Below, in pieces: positions 19,571-27,626 of a stretch of 64,000 bases of DNA (its first letter is position 1; every line of letters begins with the position of its first letter). Made by a program: the position numbers and the translations under genes. The stretch is from an uncultured Bacteroidota bacterium (lineage in GTDB: Bacteria > Bacteroidota > Bacteroidia > UKL13-3), in NCBI GenBank assembly GCA_903883965.1, contig CAISCU010000043.1:64050-128049 (forward strand), in the 5' to 3' direction. Below the pieces are notes generated by a model, which worked only from the letters and a program-made list of their open reading frames with translations, had not been told where the DNA came from and did no database searches.

Positions 19571-20662
19571 ATGAAACAAGGTTTGTTTTTTTGGATTGTA
19601 TTTTCTTTAAACTTAATAGTGGCTATTGCTTTGGGTATGGCTATTGTGGCACCATATATAAGCCCTATGAGTTTTTGGCCCATTGCGTTCATGGGCTTGG
19701 CTTTTCCAATTTTAATGTTTTTGAACTTATTGTTTTTACTGTTTTGGTCATTGGCTTTAGATAAGCGTTTTTGGCTTTCATTTGTGCTACTGGCTATTAG
19801 TTTAATACACATCTCTAAGTTTTTTAGAATAGGAACAAACACACAAGAATCAAAAGGAACGCATTCAATCAATGTATTGAGTTTTAACACGCATTACATG
19901 GGAGCCTTTGATAGAAAAGACCAAGACACCAGTTTTTTTATTAATAAGCTTAGAGAGATTCAACCAGATATTATGTGCCTCCAAGAATTTGCCAATTTGG
20001 GTGGGAGTTTTGAAAAGCCAATGTTTAGACAATTTTTCAAAGAATACAAGTACTTTAAAACGGTAAATGCGGATGGTTTGAGTCAAACCTATCCAACAGG
20101 TTATGGGGTAAGCATTGTTTCTAAGTACCCTATCATTCAAAGTGGCTACCTTGAACAACTTAATCAAAGTGCAAACATTACTGTTTATGCAGATGTAATG
20201 GTAGATGGAAAAACTATAAGGGTTGTCAATACCCATTTAAAATCAATTGTATTCGAAAAACAAGATTACAAAACAGTAGAACACATTTCAAAAGCAGAAG
20301 GAAGGGCATATGGTTGGTTAAATATCAAGCGCATCCTGTCTAAACTAAAAAATGCATTTATACTGAGATGTAAGCAGGTTGAAACCATTCGAGAAAAACT
20401 CAATGAATCTCCGTACCCCATTATTTTATGTGGCGATTTCAATGATTCACCTACCAGTTATGCCTATCAAACTATTAAAGGCAATTTATTGGATGCATTT
20501 GTAGAATCTGGAGAAGGAACAAGCACTACCTATATTGGAAACATGCCATCGTTTAGAATTGACTATATTTTACACGACCCAAGTTTTAATAGTTTCAACT
20601 ATAAAACTCAGGCCTTGAATTTTAGCGATCACAAAATAGTTAGTTGTACAATTACTTATTGA
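19571..20662 (+). CDS. membrane-anchored endonuclease/exonuclease/phosphatase (EEP) family protein
   Basis: Several N-terminal hydrophobic helices, then EEP motifs LSFNTHY, MCLQEF, CGDFNDSP and FSDHKIV. Confidence 0.75.
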   Translation: MKQGLFFWIVFSLNLIVAIALGMAIVAPYISPMSFWPIAFMGLAFPILMFLNLLFLLFWSLALDKRFWLSFVLLAISLIHISKFFRIGTNTQESKGTHSINVLSFNTHYMGAFDRKDQDTSFFINKLREIQPDIMCLQEFANLGGSFEKPMFRQFFKEYKYFKTVNADGLSQTYPTGYGVSIVSKYPIIQSGYLEQLNQSANITVYADVMVDGKTIRVVNTHLKSIVFEKQDYKTVEHISKAEGRAYGWLNIKRILSKLKNAFILRCKQVETIREKLNESPYPIILCGDFNDSPTSYAYQTIKGNLLDAFVESGEGTSTTYIGNMPSFRIDYILHDPSFNSFNYKTQALNFSDHKIVSCTITY

Positions 20663-20664
20663 TT

Positions 20665-23454
20665 TTATTTATTTACGTAATTGAACTTTCTAAGTGAATA
20701 GGTGAACGTCAATAAAAAATATTGACGCATTATTTTTGTTTTACTGTCTTCAATATATGTTTCTGTAATGCTTCTATTGATATTGTTATTTTGATTCAAT
20801 AAATCAAATACTGTCAAGCGAATTTCGGCTAGTTTTTTGGGTAAAAATTTGTATCCAATTCCGCCATTTAACAATAGAAAATCTTGGCTGAAACTTTGCT
20901 CAAGCCCATCGTATTTTGAGTAGGATAAATCCAAGCTCAATACCCAAGACGAATTGGGCATTAGATTAATTTTACTAGAAGCATTCTGCGTCATATAATC
21001 TGAGTTTAACTGGGCTTGAATGGTATTTCGAACCCAATTGACGTTGCCCGAATAACTCAAATTAAAGTCTACTTTAGGACTGATATTACTGCCAATTACA
21101 AAGCCCATATTGGCACTAGTAGTTTTGGCCTCATTCATAACTCCATTGATATAACCAGGTACGTTTGTGTAAGTTAGACCACCAGTAAGATTGAGATTGC
21201 TTTTGATGAACTTCAATGGACTAGAGTAGTTCAACATGCTCCTGACACTATAGTTTCCATCAGCATTTTGATACGATGACAATTGTGTACCAGCACTTAG
21301 TTTTAAACCATCTAATACGGTGTCATTTTTAAAGGTTGTATTTGAATTTGCAATGTAGTCATTGGTAAAATTTAACATTGTAAACAAATACAAGCTTTTA
21401 CCACTTTTGGAGTTGTTAATGCCATAGCGTAGGATGAGCATGTGTGAAAAATCTTGTTTCAAATTCTGATTTCCTTTGTTTAAAATGAGGGGATTGCTAT
21501 TATCAGTAACTTGTTGAAGTTGGTTGATAGAAGGTGTATTGGTGCCGGTTCTGTAATACATTCGAATGGCGTGTTCGTTGGTAAAGTCATATTGAAACAT
21601 GGCATTTGGCAACACATTGTCGAAGCGTTTGTTTAGGTTTTTATCGGGCATACTTAAATTGCTATTTTGCATTGATACCACTTGTTGTGTAGCTCCAATT
21701 GCAAACAAGAGTTTATTCCATTTATAGTTGTAGTTGATGGCAGCTCTGCTGGTAAAAATATTGCTTTCAAAATTGTTGCTTAGTGATGTGATAAAACTGC
21801 TGAATTCTTTAGTTGCTGTGTCATATCCATTTGTTTCTTTGTTGGATAGATTGTAACTCATTGCAGGAGAATAACTCAACATCAATTGTGATTTTTTACC
21901 AATAGGTTCTGTATAGGTAATATTTGCTGTTTGGTTATTATTGACTGCGCTTGAAACAGTTTGTTGGTTAATTTTTGAAGTGTCAGCACCAATGGTACTT
22001 GATTCTTGTTTTTGCTTGTTTTCTTTGTTACTGTAGTCACTGGTTATGTTAACAGAGAAAGTTCTACCTGTTGTGGCAAATTTACGCCTGTACAAAAAGT
22101 TATTGTTGAGGTTGAGGGCGTTTGAATTGATTGTGGAATGGCTAAATGTTTTTCCTGTGGTTTTTTCAGATGAAGTGTTGAACCCTTCTAAACTAGAATT
22201 TGTTTCAAGGTTTTGAAAACTTATTCTAGGACTCATGATGAAACTATTTGAAGTATCTAAATTGTATTCTAATCGACCCGAAATCCGGTGGTTGGTATTG
22301 TCACTGCTGCTGCTGCTGTTTTCAGCATATGTTTGCTGATTAACTGGGTCAATGAGGTAAACCCTGTTGGTTTCCTTTTTGGTGTCGTTAACAGACTCAT
22401 TAAAAAAATAACTGGCACTGAGGTCAAGTTTACTACCGAATTTATTAGAATAGTTTAAACCAGCACTGTTTGTTGTGTTTACACCTCCTTGTTGACCTAC
22501 TAAAAAGTTGTTTAAAACTGGGTTTCCACCGCCCATACCGCCAGGTCTTCCCATACCACCAGGCCTTCCCATGCCTTGGGGGGCGTTTTGACCCCTTGAT
22601 GCGCCCGATCCAGTTATATCTTGTGCTGTAAAGTTCTGTATGTTGATGTTATTGCTCAAACCCAAAAGGGTAATCCGCCTGTTTCCATCAAATAAATTTA
22701 GGTTTCCACCCATTTGATACCTTTCATCAGTACCATATCCAGCATAAAATTTTCCAAACAACCCATTTACACCACCCCCTCTTGTTACCAAATTCATGGT
22801 TTTATCGGTATTGCCATCGTTGAAGCCAGAAAACAATGATTGATCGCTGAGTCTGTTATAGACTTGTACTTTGTCTACCACCTCTGCGGGTAGGTTTTTA
22901 ATGGCCATTTGAGCGTCATCTCCAAAAAATTCTTTTCCATCAACCAGTACTTTTTTTACTTCTTCTCCTTGTGCTTTTAGGGTGCCACTTTCGTTGGTAA
23001 TTCCAGGCATTTTTTTAACCAAGTCTTCCGTACTCGCGTCGGGATTTACTTTAAATGCTGAAGCATTGATGACAGTTGTGTCTCCTTTTTGTTCTGTTCT
23101 GATTTGGCTTCCAGTCACTTTTAGTTCATTCAATTGCTTGTTGTTTTTGCTAAGAACGAGCTTAATTTTTTTATTGTTCTCGTCTATTACTCCCGTTTTT
23201 TTGAGGGTTTCATAACCAACCATTGTACAGAAAATTTCAAATGAATCGGCAATGAAGTTTTGAATGATAAAAACACCATCTTGATTGCTGGTAAAACTCT
23301 GGTTTTTTTGTCCCCTTTGTTTGAATAAAATATTCGCACCCTCAATTTGAGTGCTATTTATATCTAGCGTTTTACCAACGACAATTCCAGACTTTTGTTG
23401 AGCAGTAGACTCAAGTACAACCAATAAAAAAACGATTCCCCAAAAAATGCGCAT
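20665..23454 (-). CDS. outer membrane beta-barrel protein with CarboxypepD_reg-like N-domain (TonB-dependent-receptor-like)
   Basis: Signal peptide, then a carboxypeptidase-regulatory-like domain (SGIVVGKTLD...GANILFK), a plug-like segment (PGITNESGTLKAQGEEVKKVLVDGKEFFGDD), and a long Asn/Ser/Thr/Tyr-rich beta-strand region. Confidence 0.7.
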   Translation of the reverse strand: MRIFWGIVFLLVVLESTAQQKSGIVVGKTLDINSTQIEGANILFKQRGQKNQSFTSNQDGVFIIQNFIADSFEIFCTMVGYETLKKTGVIDENNKKIKLVLSKNNKQLNELKVTGSQIRTEQKGDTTVINASAFKVNPDASTEDLVKKMPGITNESGTLKAQGEEVKKVLVDGKEFFGDDAQMAIKNLPAEVVDKVQVYNRLSDQSLFSGFNDGNTDKTMNLVTRGGGVNGLFGKFYAGYGTDERYQMGGNLNLFDGNRRITLLGLSNNINIQNFTAQDITGSGASRGQNAPQGMGRPGGMGRPGGMGGGNPVLNNFLVGQQGGVNTTNSAGLNYSNKFGSKLDLSASYFFNESVNDTKKETNRVYLIDPVNQQTYAENSSSSSDNTNHRISGRLEYNLDTSNSFIMSPRISFQNLETNSSLEGFNTSSEKTTGKTFSHSTINSNALNLNNNFLYRRKFATTGRTFSVNITSDYSNKENKQKQESSTIGADTSKINQQTVSSAVNNNQTANITYTEPIGKKSQLMLSYSPAMSYNLSNKETNGYDTATKEFSSFITSLSNNFESNIFTSRAAINYNYKWNKLLFAIGATQQVVSMQNSNLSMPDKNLNKRFDNVLPNAMFQYDFTNEHAIRMYYRTGTNTPSINQLQQVTDNSNPLILNKGNQNLKQDFSHMLILRYGINNSKSGKSLYLFTMLNFTNDYIANSNTTFKNDTVLDGLKLSAGTQLSSYQNADGNYSVRSMLNYSSPLKFIKSNLNLTGGLTYTNVPGYINGVMNEAKTTSANMGFVIGSNISPKVDFNLSYSGNVNWVRNTIQAQLNSDYMTQNASSKINLMPNSSWVLSLDLSYSKYDGLEQSFSQDFLLLNGGIGYKFLPKKLAEIRLTVFDLLNQNNNINRSITETYIEDSKTKIMRQYFLLTFTYSLRKFNYVNK

Positions 23455-23548
23455 GTGTTTATTTTTAGCGCCTCAAAGATGCTGAATTTTTTTTAAGATT
23501 GAGCGGGGATTCTGTTGCAAATGAACCTTCAATTAAAAAGTATCAAAG

Positions 23549-23630
23549 TGCGCAGGAGGAGACTCGAACTCCCAAGGGTTGCCCCACTGGCTTCTGAGAC
23601 CAGCGCGTATACCAATTCCGCCACCTGCGC
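23549..23630 (-). tRNA. tRNA-Leu (anticodon CAG), class II with long variable arm
   Basis: The minus strand reads GCGCAGG-TG-GCGGAATTGGTATACGC-G-CTGGT-CTCAGAA-GCCAG-TGGGGCAACCCTT-GGGAG-TTCGAGT-CTCCT-CCTGCGC-A. The 7-bp acceptor, anticodon loop CT-CAG-AA and T-loop TTCGAGT all fold. No encoded CCA. Confidence 0.9.
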
Positions 23631-23691
23631 TTTAATACAGCTATTGTAGCGTCCAAAGATGCTTAAAAAATTAAAATTAACAGAAAAAGAA

Positions 23692-23721
23692 TTGCGTATT
23701 TTTAAAATGTACTTACTTTTG
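23692..23721 (+). promoter_or_regulatory. Bacteroidota promoter (-33 TTG, 19-nt spacer, -7 TACTTTTG) driving the TPP riboswitch
   Basis: TTG at 23692-23694 and TACTTTTG at 23714-23721. The -7 box ends 5 nt before the first base of riboswitch stem P1. Confidence 0.55.
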
Positions 23722-23726
23722 ACAAG

Positions 23727-23807
23727 TCTTTAGGGGTGTTTGGTTTAAATCCAAGCTGAGATTATACCCTTTAACCTGATCAGGATCATGCCTGCGTAGG
23801 GAAAAGA
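23727..23807 (+). promoter_or_regulatory. TPP (THI-box) riboswitch
   Basis: TCTTT-AGGGGTG...GCTGAGA...ACCC-TTTAACCTGATCAGGATCATGCCTGCGTAGGGA-AAAGA contains the conserved CTGAGA and ACCTGATC...GCGTAGGGA elements. P1 closes as TCTTT (23727-23731) with AAAGA (23803-23807). A short hairpin AAGGAC/GTCCTT (23807-23824) follows. Confidence 0.85.
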
Positions 23808-23890
23808 AGGACCTTGTTGTCCTTGGTTTAAAGTGTTTGGCATTCCACGCCACCTACAGACAGTATTTTTAAACCCAATTTCAAGTTACC

Positions 23891-24016
23891 ATGAATTTAA
23901 AATTTCACTTTTTGTGTGTAGTTTTTTTTTGTTTCGCACACACTTTTAAATGCCCAAACAGACAGCGTTACTCAAACAAAAGGAAATTTACAAGAGTTGA
24001 TCATCTCTGGTATTAA
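23891..24016 (+). other. 41-codon ORF encoding the orphaned signal peptide of the downstream TonB-dependent receptor (out of frame after a T9 run)
   Basis: ATG 23891 translates to MNLKFHFLCVVFF, then reads through T9 (23922-23930) into a nonsense frame ending at TAA 24014-24016. It is below the 60-aa track cutoff and was translated by hand. Confidence 0.55.
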
Positions 24017-26114
24017 GACTATGCCCAATATGGTGGTTAGCCAACTAACGCTAAAAAAAGCTGATTTGGCAGCACGTTATTTTGGCGCTGATGTGCCGAG
24101 TTTGCTTAACGCAACTCCATCTGTTAATTCATACAGTGACAATGGAACTGGGTTTGGTTACAGTTATTTACGCATCAGGGGAATGGATCAAAGTAGGGTG
24201 AACCATACTGTAAATGGTATTCCCTTGAATGACCCAGAGTCTCAAAATGTTTATTTTAATAACATAGCAGATTTAACCAGTGGTTTAGAGCAAATTCAAG
24301 TTCAAAGGGGTGTGGGAATTTCCGGAAATGGCGGTTCTTCATATGCTGGCAGTATTCAAATGTTAACTAAATTGGTTCAACAACAACAACAAACAGATTT
24401 AACCATTGGAGTTGGATCATTTGGTTCGAGAAGATTTGGAATTTCGTACCAATCAGGGGTTCATAAAAATTTTGGAGTTTATGCTAGGTTGGGTCAAGTT
24501 GCTACAGATGGTTACAGGCTGTTTTCTGGGATGCAAGTAAACAATTACCAGTTTTCATTGGCCTACTTTATTCCAAAAGGGGTTATTGCTTTGAATATGT
24601 TTGGTGGTTTTGCCAAATCAAAACTGGCTTATGCTGGAATTTATGCTGACGATTTGAATAAAGACAGAACATACAACCCCATCAACCAAGGAGAATCTGA
24701 TGGGTTTAACCAGCATTTTTTTCAATTGCAACTAAGCAAACAAATGAGCCACAAATTCAGTTACAATGCCTCCACTTATTTGGTTTTAGGCAAAGCAACT
24801 GATTTCCAATATTTCTTTCCTAAAAGTGAATATACGCCCATGAGCTATTTTAATTTACCCAATTGGTTCAATGGTATTGATTCAGTTACAACAAGCAATG
24901 TAATGACTTCATACCGCTTGAATCAAGTTTTCACGGGCACATTTGCCAACTTAACATATACCAATAGTCGTTTTCATGTTGTTGTGGGTATGCATTTAAA
25001 CAGTTTTACTGCAGATCATTCAATGGTAACTCAAAATGGAGATAGCTTACCACCAGGTATAAATGGCAAAGAACACTTGGTCTATTTCAATACGGGAAAC
25101 AAATACGAAATCAGTGCCTTTTCTAAAATTTCATATGCGTTTAGTTCCAAATTAACAGGCTTTATTGATATGAGTATTAGGAATACAGGCTTTAGCTATA
25201 AAGCCAAACAAATGGAATACCGTCCTTCAGACCACTTAAGGTCAGTTGAACCCATGCAATGGTTTTTTGTAAACCCCAGATTTGGCTTGAATTACCAGCT
25301 GAATCAATACATCAAATTGTATAGCAATTTTGGAATGAGCCAAAGAGAGCCAACCCGTTTTGATTATTTAGCCGATGACCTTGCAAACTTTGATGTCAAA
25401 CAATCGGCAGTAAAGCCAGAAAGGGTGTATAATATTGAATGGGGAATGCTCATCAACCATTCACAGTTGCAGATGACTTTAAATGGCTTTTACATGTATT
25501 TTGTTGACCAAATTGCAGCTACTGGAATGCTCAATAATTTTGGATATCCCATTAATTCAAATGTGGGTTTGAGCTACAGAACAGGATTGGAACTGGATTT
25601 GTCTTTGAATTTGTCTCCAAAATTAACATTCATCAGTTCTGCGGCCTTTAGTGAAAATAAAATCAATCAAATTGAGTTGAGGTATTCCAATGCAACAACT
25701 TTTGCAGACACATTTGTTACTTATAAACATACTACTTCTGCTTTTTCGCCTTCATTAATTGTGAATCAGGGCTTGAAATACTCAGCCGTAAAAGGCTTAG
25801 ATTTTGAAATTTTAAACAGATTTGTGAGTGAGCAGTTTTTAGACAATACAAGTAATGCTGCATTACAACTGCCGAGTTATTCTGTTTTAGATTTTAAAAT
25901 GCAGTTTGCACCTCATTTCAATTACATAAAAAACCTACATCCAATTTTATCGATCAGGGTTCAAAACCTACTAGATGAAAAATACTGTCCAATGGGAAGT
26001 GTAATGCCTTATACCAATACATTAGACCCTAGTAATGGCAAGGTAGGATCTGTTCCTCTATATTTCCCGGCAGCTACCAGAAATTTCTTTGTAAACCTGT
26101 CGTTCTCGTTTTAA
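23997..26114 (+). CDS. TonB-dependent outer membrane receptor (TPP-riboswitch regulated; N-terminus disrupted by an apparent frameshift)
   Basis: Plug motifs YLRIRGMDQSRVNHTVNGIPLNDPESQ, a long beta-barrel, and a terminal ...NLSFSF aromatic residue. The frame is open from 23922 and encodes ...VSHTLLNAQTDSVTQTKGNLQELIISG before the nominal TTG 23997, so the true N-terminus lies upstream in another frame. Confidence 0.8.
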   Translation: MIISGIKTMPNMVVSQLTLKKADLAARYFGADVPSLLNATPSVNSYSDNGTGFGYSYLRIRGMDQSRVNHTVNGIPLNDPESQNVYFNNIADLTSGLEQIQVQRGVGISGNGGSSYAGSIQMLTKLVQQQQQTDLTIGVGSFGSRRFGISYQSGVHKNFGVYARLGQVATDGYRLFSGMQVNNYQFSLAYFIPKGVIALNMFGGFAKSKLAYAGIYADDLNKDRTYNPINQGESDGFNQHFFQLQLSKQMSHKFSYNASTYLVLGKATDFQYFFPKSEYTPMSYFNLPNWFNGIDSVTTSNVMTSYRLNQVFTGTFANLTYTNSRFHVVVGMHLNSFTADHSMVTQNGDSLPPGINGKEHLVYFNTGNKYEISAFSKISYAFSSKLTGFIDMSIRNTGFSYKAKQMEYRPSDHLRSVEPMQWFFVNPRFGLNYQLNQYIKLYSNFGMSQREPTRFDYLADDLANFDVKQSAVKPERVYNIEWGMLINHSQLQMTLNGFYMYFVDQIAATGMLNNFGYPINSNVGLSYRTGLELDLSLNLSPKLTFISSAAFSENKINQIELRYSNATTFADTFVTYKHTTSAFSPSLIVNQGLKYSAVKGLDFEILNRFVSEQFLDNTSNAALQLPSYSVLDFKMQFAPHFNYIKNLHPILSIRVQNLLDEKYCPMGSVMPYTNTLDPSNGKVGSVPLYFPAATRNFFVNLSFSF

Positions 26115-26687
26115 CTAAAAACCCAATAAGTGAAGAAAACCCTTGAATGGGTTTTTGGCTTGGTCTATTTCTTGAATAACTTGTTGCGCTTGCGTTTTTT
26201 GTTTGGCGTTTAAAGAAACTATTTCGTGTAAAACCGGCATGGTTTCTTTTTCTCTTCCGGCTTTTAAATAGGCCAATGACAAATACCATTTAGCCAAATG
26301 TACATTGTTAAAGTCTTTGAAAGCCCTGCTTGATTTTTCTAGGTGACTAATTGCCAAATTATCGAAACCTGTTTTTAGATATGCAATACCCAAGTAAAAA
26401 TTATAAAAACCTTCGTCTTCTGTTCTAGGCTCAAACCTTTGGAAACCCTCAATGGCTAATGAATATTCTCCACGTTCAAAATATTTCATCGCCATTTGAC
26501 TTAGTTCACTTGAGTCTGAATAGGCGGGGTCGCTGGTCCAGTAGTTCAAACAAGGTTTAAAATGCTGCTCGTAAATTTCTCTTAACTGTTCTTCTGGCGC
26601 TTTGAAACGCTGACTAACTAGCCATATACCCCCGAAAAGCAGAAACCCCAATGCGGGATAAAATAAGAATTTAAATAATTTACCCAT
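26115..26687 (-). CDS. membrane-anchored TPR-repeat protein
   Basis: N-terminal TM segment FLFYPALGFLLFGGIWLV, then TPR-like repeats (YSLAIEGFQRF, FYNFYLGIAYLKTG, WYLSLAYLKAG). Confidence 0.6.
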   Translation of the reverse strand: MGKLFKFLFYPALGFLLFGGIWLVSQRFKAPEEQLREIYEQHFKPCLNYWTSDPAYSDSSELSQMAMKYFERGEYSLAIEGFQRFEPRTEDEGFYNFYLGIAYLKTGFDNLAISHLEKSSRAFKDFNNVHLAKWYLSLAYLKAGREKETMPVLHEIVSLNAKQKTQAQQVIQEIDQAKNPFKGFLHLLGF

Positions 26688-26691
26688 TTTT

Positions 26692-26699
26692 CAAATGTA
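26692..26699 (-). promoter_or_regulatory. possible -7 promoter box (TACATTTG on minus strand)
   Basis: Plus strand CAAATGTA, only 4 nt upstream of ATG 26687. This would imply a leaderless mRNA. It could also be a chance match inside an operon. Confidence 0.3.
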
Positions 26700-26710
26700 G
26701 TAATTATCAG

Positions 26711-27481
26711 TTAAATACATATTCTACTTAAAAAACTGGCAATTTCTTTTAAGAATTCTTTTTCAAAAGCACTGTGCTTTTTGTTGTTTGTATAAAAAAT
26801 ACAAGCATTTTCTGAATACCTATTTCCCATATCTATGGTTTTTTTTGAACTTGAAATGGGATCATTGATAGATGATAACAATAACACAGGAATCTTTAAA
26901 GAGTTTGCATGAATAAATTGTTCGCGTAATGAATATATTGGGGCATATGAATCTAAATATCTGATTAACAAGTTTTCGGATTTTAATAAATGTTCTATGA
27001 ACACCCTTTTTGCTCCAGATTTTAAAAAGAATAGAACAAATTTGACCAAACATTTTGAACCTATAATTAGGCGTCCTAAGGCATTCAAATGTTTGTTGTA
27101 ATTTAATAGTTGAAATGCTTTATAGCTGAATGGGGTAGAAGGAGATACCAACACCCAAGCCTGAATGTTTAACCCTTTACTTTGAATGAGTGATGAGGCA
27201 ATCCAGTTTCCAAAACTGAAGCCACCTAAACAAATTGCTTTTTCTAAACCAAGGCGTAACAACAAATCTTTTAGCCCGTTTTCCAAACTTATTTGGTCTT
27301 TTTTAAAAAAGGCAATAGGCGTTTCAATGACCAATAATGAAACATTAGCGGGCAATGCTGGCAATAAATTTTTATAGGAATAGGCCTTTTCGCCAAATCC
27401 CGTAAAGAAAACAAATGGCACACCTTTTCTACCCCAATAACAATAGTTGAACCGAATATCGGTGTTTTCAAAAACAGCCAT
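26711..27481 (-). CDS. alpha/beta hydrolase fold protein
   Basis: Nucleophile elbow GFSFGN (GxSxG) and an alpha/beta-fold strand-helix pattern. ATG 27481 (MAVFENTD) is preferred over the track start 27586, which would overlap the carB promoter. Confidence 0.65.
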   Translation of the reverse strand: MAVFENTDIRFNYCYWGRKGVPFVFFTGFGEKAYSYKNLLPALPANVSLLVIETPIAFFKKDQISLENGLKDLLLRLGLEKAICLGGFSFGNWIASSLIQSKGLNIQAWVLVSPSTPFSYKAFQLLNYNKHLNALGRLIIGSKCLVKFVLFFLKSGAKRVFIEHLLKSENLLIRYLDSYAPIYSLREQFIHANSLKIPVLLLSSINDPISSSKKTIDMGNRYSENACIFYTNNKKHSAFEKEFLKEIASFLSRICI

Positions 27482-27573
27482 TGTAGGTTTATTTTCTATG
27501 TACAAAATTGAATAAATATGAAGATGTGTAAAAATACTTTTTAATCTTTTAGAATACACTAGAAAATTGAATG

Positions 27574-27581
27574 TACATTTG
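27574..27581 (+). promoter_or_regulatory. Bacteroidota -7 promoter box TACATTTG
   Basis: Exact TAnnTTTG match 45 nt upstream of the carB ATG at 27627. Confidence 0.5.
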
Positions 27582-27626
27582 TACAATTTATACCTACACT
27601 GTCAAAACAAACAAATAACAAGCACT

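Noticed and set aside
19543-20236. Two antisense ORFs (115 and 123 aa) across the rhomboid/EEP junction
   Set aside because: They are antisense to well-supported genes and no family features were recognised. Similar shadows at 42250-42618, 46277-46609, 51835-52167 and 62014-62367 were rejected for the same reason.
23455-23890. tRNA-Leu as an integration site for a genomic island
   Set aside because: No integrase or mobile genes lie on either side, and the flanking genes look like core outer-membrane functions. The flanking direct repeat does not contain the tRNA 3' end, as an att site would.
24378-24392. (CAA)5 trinucleotide run in the TonB-dependent receptor (VQQQQQTD)
   Set aside because: Slippage would stay in frame and only alter a poly-Gln loop. 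This is much less consequential than the T9 frameshift upstream.
27567-27626. N-terminal extensions in the ORF track: carB from 27567, ispH from 60296, DUF2461 from 31730, the adhesin from 48175, the peroxidase from 61180, and the TTG/GTG starts at 3190, 7146, 35951, 36399, 43353, 55280 and 58471
   Set aside because: The extensions add non-homologous residues, overlap neighbouring genes or promoter boxes, and are followed by an ATG that restores the canonical family N-terminus. Trimmed starts are used in the feature list.
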